Below are positions 60,117-64,000 of a DNA stretch of 64,000 nucleotides, one piece after another. The notes under the pieces were generated by a model. The model did not search any database. It had not been told where the DNA came from and saw only the letters and a program-made list of their open reading frames with translations. Source of the DNA: Microthyrium microscopicum (taxonomy: Eukaryota); assembly GCA_010405405.1 (NCBI GenBank), contig MU004236.1, forward strand, positions 1,370,070 through 1,434,069, read 5' to 3'. The translations under genes and the position numbers were made by a program. Every line of letters begins with the position of its first letter. Within the stretch, counting starts at the first letter, position 1.

Positions 60117-61184
60117 CTTTCAGCGACCACTATGCCGAATAAAAGCAGAATCACTAGTTGGTAAACCTGGATTGGCATCACAGCATCGAAAGACGACTTT
60201 GCTCAGACTTAATATGCGAAGGACTCTTTAATTAAAGTAACATATATTGTACTTATGTATATGGATTCATTCCAGGATTATCATTGGTCGATTGATACAT
60301 ATTCACATCGAATCAAACGTATAAAAAACGATTGAAAGTATATCGTAATTTCACCTAATGGGTCTTCAAAGTTCAAACATGTCTGTACAATAGGACCTTT
60401 GTTTTTTGACGTTAGCTTTATAGCTTTCTTCTGGTTGGAACAAGCTTGACTACATTTCATATCACCGTAGCCATTTTCCCTTACTACCTACCTGACATGA
60501 GGCATTCATGCACCCATTGAGCAGCTACGTTGGGCCTACCTACTTGACTTGGATCTCTCTGTTGTACTTCTCTTAATGGGGCTCCGGAGCGAACGTGACA
60601 TGCAAGTATAAGGTTATATGTCGTGAGATTCGGCGAGGCTATAACTTAAATGCAAATTTAAGTGGCCACCATTAGATCCATATCCATACTCTTTCATAGC
60701 TTCAATACGTTTCTCTACAAGGAGTGGCCCATGTATCAGGTCAACTCTTGCCTTTCGCGTACTCGCATATTCGTTCGCTGAGCAGTTAATTACGCCGAGC
60801 CTGACACGCAGTTCTGCCTGTCAAGTGTGATTACCCTAAGTTCTACTATGATTGCTGCCAGGGGTCGCAGACGAAAATCCACGTTCTTCGAATAGGAATG
60901 CGGCCAGCTGCTGACCCCTTCTTAGTATCGGTATGAATTACTCCGAATAAGAAGATCTATATACACATTTCTCTCCAATTTCCCGGTTACTGGCGGTATT
61001 TCCACCCGGGTTTTCGCTATGTTGAAGTGTATAATACCGATTCGATTCTCCGCACTTGACCATCAGTTCGTGAGACACAAATCGTAGCAATCGCTCATCT
61101 TATTGGATGAAATATTGGAACTAAATAATCCTAATCTCGTACATATTCACATATTGACTTTCTGCCTACGAAACACCGGTCATT

Positions 61185-63284
61185 ATGGCTCCAGTAGCCG
61201 CTGCGGGTTCGCAATCTGCGGCTTTACAGCGCAGACAAGAGCTTATTGGAGTAACAACTGGCCCAGGAGCATTGTTGAAAAATTTGAAGGTGTTTTGCAT
61301 CGCATGCTTCGCATGTTTGGGTGGTCTTCTCTACGGTGTATGTGCAGTTATGAGCATCTGATATGCAATAAGACACTGACCTCTTGTAGTACAATCAAGG
61401 TGTATTTTCTAGTGTCTTAACAATGACATCTTTCAAAAACCGTAAGAATGTCTTCCCATTGAACAGATAATATCTTACTGATTGAACAAGATATGGGAGC
61501 ATATACTTCCGATTCGACCAAAATGGGCTGGCTCACATCGATTCTGGAACTCGGTGCCTGGTTTGGAACCATGTACAGTGGCTTCCTGGCCGAGATATTC
61601 TCTCGAAAATACGCCATTCTGATCAACGTTGGGATCTTCATCGTTGGCGTGATAATTCAGACCACTGCCGTCACATCAGCTGGGCACTCGGCGATTTTAG
61701 GTGGGCGATTCATTACTGGTATGGGAGTCGGTTCATTATCTATGATCGTTCCAATGTATAACGCGGAGATTGCACCTCCTGAGGTTCGTGGTGCTTTGGT
61801 TGGCTTGCAACAGCTTTCTATTACTCTGGGCATTATGGTGTCGTTCTGGATTGATTATGGAACAGTAGGCTGCTTGTTCCTCCGGGCTGTTTCGCTCTAC
61901 TAACGCTTGTAGAACTTCATTGGTGGTACTGGAGAAACTCAAAAGGATACTGCCTGGCTACTTCCTCTGTGTCTACAGCTGGTACCTGCCGTCTTTCTGG
62001 GCGTAGGTATGATCTTCATGCCTTTCAGTCCGAGGTGGTTGGTGCATCATGGCCATGAAGTAGAGGCGCGAAAAGTGCTCGCGAGCCTTCGTGGATTGTC
62101 GCAAGATCACACGCTTATTGAGATTGAGTTTGCGGAAATCAGAGCGCAATCACTGTTTGAAAAAAGAACCATTGCAGAGTATTTTCCTCATCTCAAAGAA
62201 CAGACATCTTGGAATACCATTAAACTGTCAGTGTCTTGGGCTTCTGTTGACATATTGGTGCTAACAATATCCAGGCAATTTGTTGCTATCGCTTCTCTTT
62301 TCAAAACGAAGCCTATGTTCCGTCGAGTTATCGTCGCCACGGTGACTATGTTCTTCCAGCAATGGACAGGGTGAGCGTTTTGACACAAGTATCAACAGGT
62401 TTGAATCTAACCTAGTTCAGTATCAACGCCATCTTATACTACGCGCCAAAAATCTTCAAAGGGCTCAGCTTAGGCGAGAATGCAACATCACTACTAGCCA
62501 CAGGAGTGGTCGGCATCGCCATGTTCTTAGCCACCATTCCTGCAGTCATGTATGTTGACAAGCTAGGTCGTAAGCCAGTGCTCATCGTTGGTGCCATCGG
62601 CATGGCTTCCTGCCATCTCATAATCGCAGGAATCAATGGAGCTTTCTCGAACGACTGGCCGGCACACAAGTCAGGCGGTTGGGCAGCCGTCGTTATGGTC
62701 TGGCTCTTCGTTGTCCATTTTGGATATTCATGGGGTCCTTGCGCCTGGATTGTGGTTGCAGAGGTGAATAACACCCCAGCTGTGAGCGCGGTCCCTTGCT
62801 AACTGTATCAGGTTTGGCCATTGAGCAATCGACCCTACGGCATCGCACTGGGAGCGTCAAGCAACTGGATGAATAACTTCATTGTCGGACAAGCAACGCC
62901 AGATATGCTTGATAGGATGAAATACGGAACTTATATCTTCTTTGGCTTGCTTACACTTGGTGGCGCACTATTTGTGTGGTTGTATGTGCCAGAGACGAAG
63001 GGATTGACATTGGAGGAGATGGATTTGATTTTTGGAACTGCGGATATCGTCGCCAGAGATAGAGAGATCATGGACGAAGGTAAGTGCAAAAGTCCCACCC
63101 TTTTTTCCCGATAAAGCTCGGGTTGAGATATCCTGTGCACGATGGACTCGGGAGACCCAACAGCCATTTGACCCACTACTGATTATTTCGACATGTACTA
63201 ACTGTTGTGCCAGTCAATCGCGAAGTTGGTCTGGTGGATCATAGCGAGAAAGATGCGAAATACGTTGGTGACACCAAAATCTAA
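61185..63284 (+). CDS. MFS sugar porter family transporter
   Basis: GGLLYGYNQG, GRFITGMGVG, PMYNAEIAPPEVRG, PFSPRWL, FQQWTGIN, VDKLGRK and VPETKG motifs. About 7 short introns. Stop at 63282-63284. Confidence 0.93.
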
Positions 63285-64000
63285 GACGGTAAAGAATACC
63301 AGGCCGAGTTCTACAGTACACCTGGGACAGCCACCTTGGGCATTTGAAAATCATTAGCACACTCAGGAGATCTATTGAAGGTAAAAGATTGAATTATTAT
63401 CATGTAAGAGAAAGAGACTTTCTAAAATCAGAATGGTCACATCCTGCCTTCTAATCAACAAAACAACTTAATGTCTGTCTGCCTCACCCCATACCGCTCT
63501 CGTAATGTCAAAACTCGGACAATTCTTCCCCTGACCATGAAACTGTAGATTTACACGTGTCGGTCTCTCTAAATTCGCGATGAATGCTTTTGGGCAATCT
63601 CGTAGCGCGATTGCCAGTCTCGCAACCACTATCATCAAGCCGAATGGACTTTCTAACGCTTAAAGCAAAAGTAAGATACAGTCAATTATATACAGTCATA
63701 GCAAAACACCCACCTGTTGTCTTTTTCAGGCTGTATGAGCAATTCAGCGCCTTCTTTGAACAATATGCTCAATACCTTTCAGCCCGGAATCACCGAATTG
63801 TTTTTTGAGACGATCCATATGCATGAGCTCCTGGTCCGTTGGCCGTCGCTCTACCCCCTGATAGCGAATGGGGTCCTGGCCGGGTATGCGACGCAAATGG
63901 AACTGGTAGTGCGAGATTGATGGATCTACCATTTTGTAGTCTACAACTCTGTACAGACCATCATACCGAAAGCCGAATGGCGGAGAGTATATACTCTCGG

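Noticed and set aside
60117..61184. GaaR/GARE element in the GH28-transporter promoter
   Set aside because: Only mismatched versions were found (e.g. ATTGGTCGA, CTCTCCAAT), with no exact CCNCCAA on either strand.
63584..64000. Short ORFs at the right edge
   Set aside because: Under 75 aa, no motif, and truncated context, so they cannot be supported.

Overview
Eukaryotic genomic DNA from a filamentous ascomycete (Pezizomycotina-like: short GT..AG introns with CTAAC/CTGAC branch points, fungal gene content). The species cannot be determined from the sequence alone. About 23 protein-coding genes are supported. Housekeeping genes: a GYF-domain protein (5'-truncated), SPC24, FIS1, a phospholipase D, mitochondrial Phe-tRNA synthetase, a Uds1-domain protein, dynactin p150Glued, a PX-associated/DUF3818-like protein and urease accessory UreG. 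There is also a divergent GH28 pectinase plus MFS sugar porter pair. The most unusual parts are four. (i) An accessory-looking island at 43.7-51.4 kb: a small secreted Cys-rich protein, three tandem intronless ~293-aa paralogs of a family I do not recognise, and an orphan RING-finger protein; the last four share a C-terminal NES-like motif. (ii) A ~4,100-aa secreted WSC-domain Ser/Thr mucin-like gene with nested tandem repeats, dibasic sites and a cluster of CGCG-core motifs upstream. (iii) A strongly structured long intron in FIS1. (iv) A long intron carrying a duplicated hairpin. No rRNA, tRNA, CRISPR or intact transposon was recognised. All exon boundaries were derived by hand, and family calls rest on motif recognition, not database searches.
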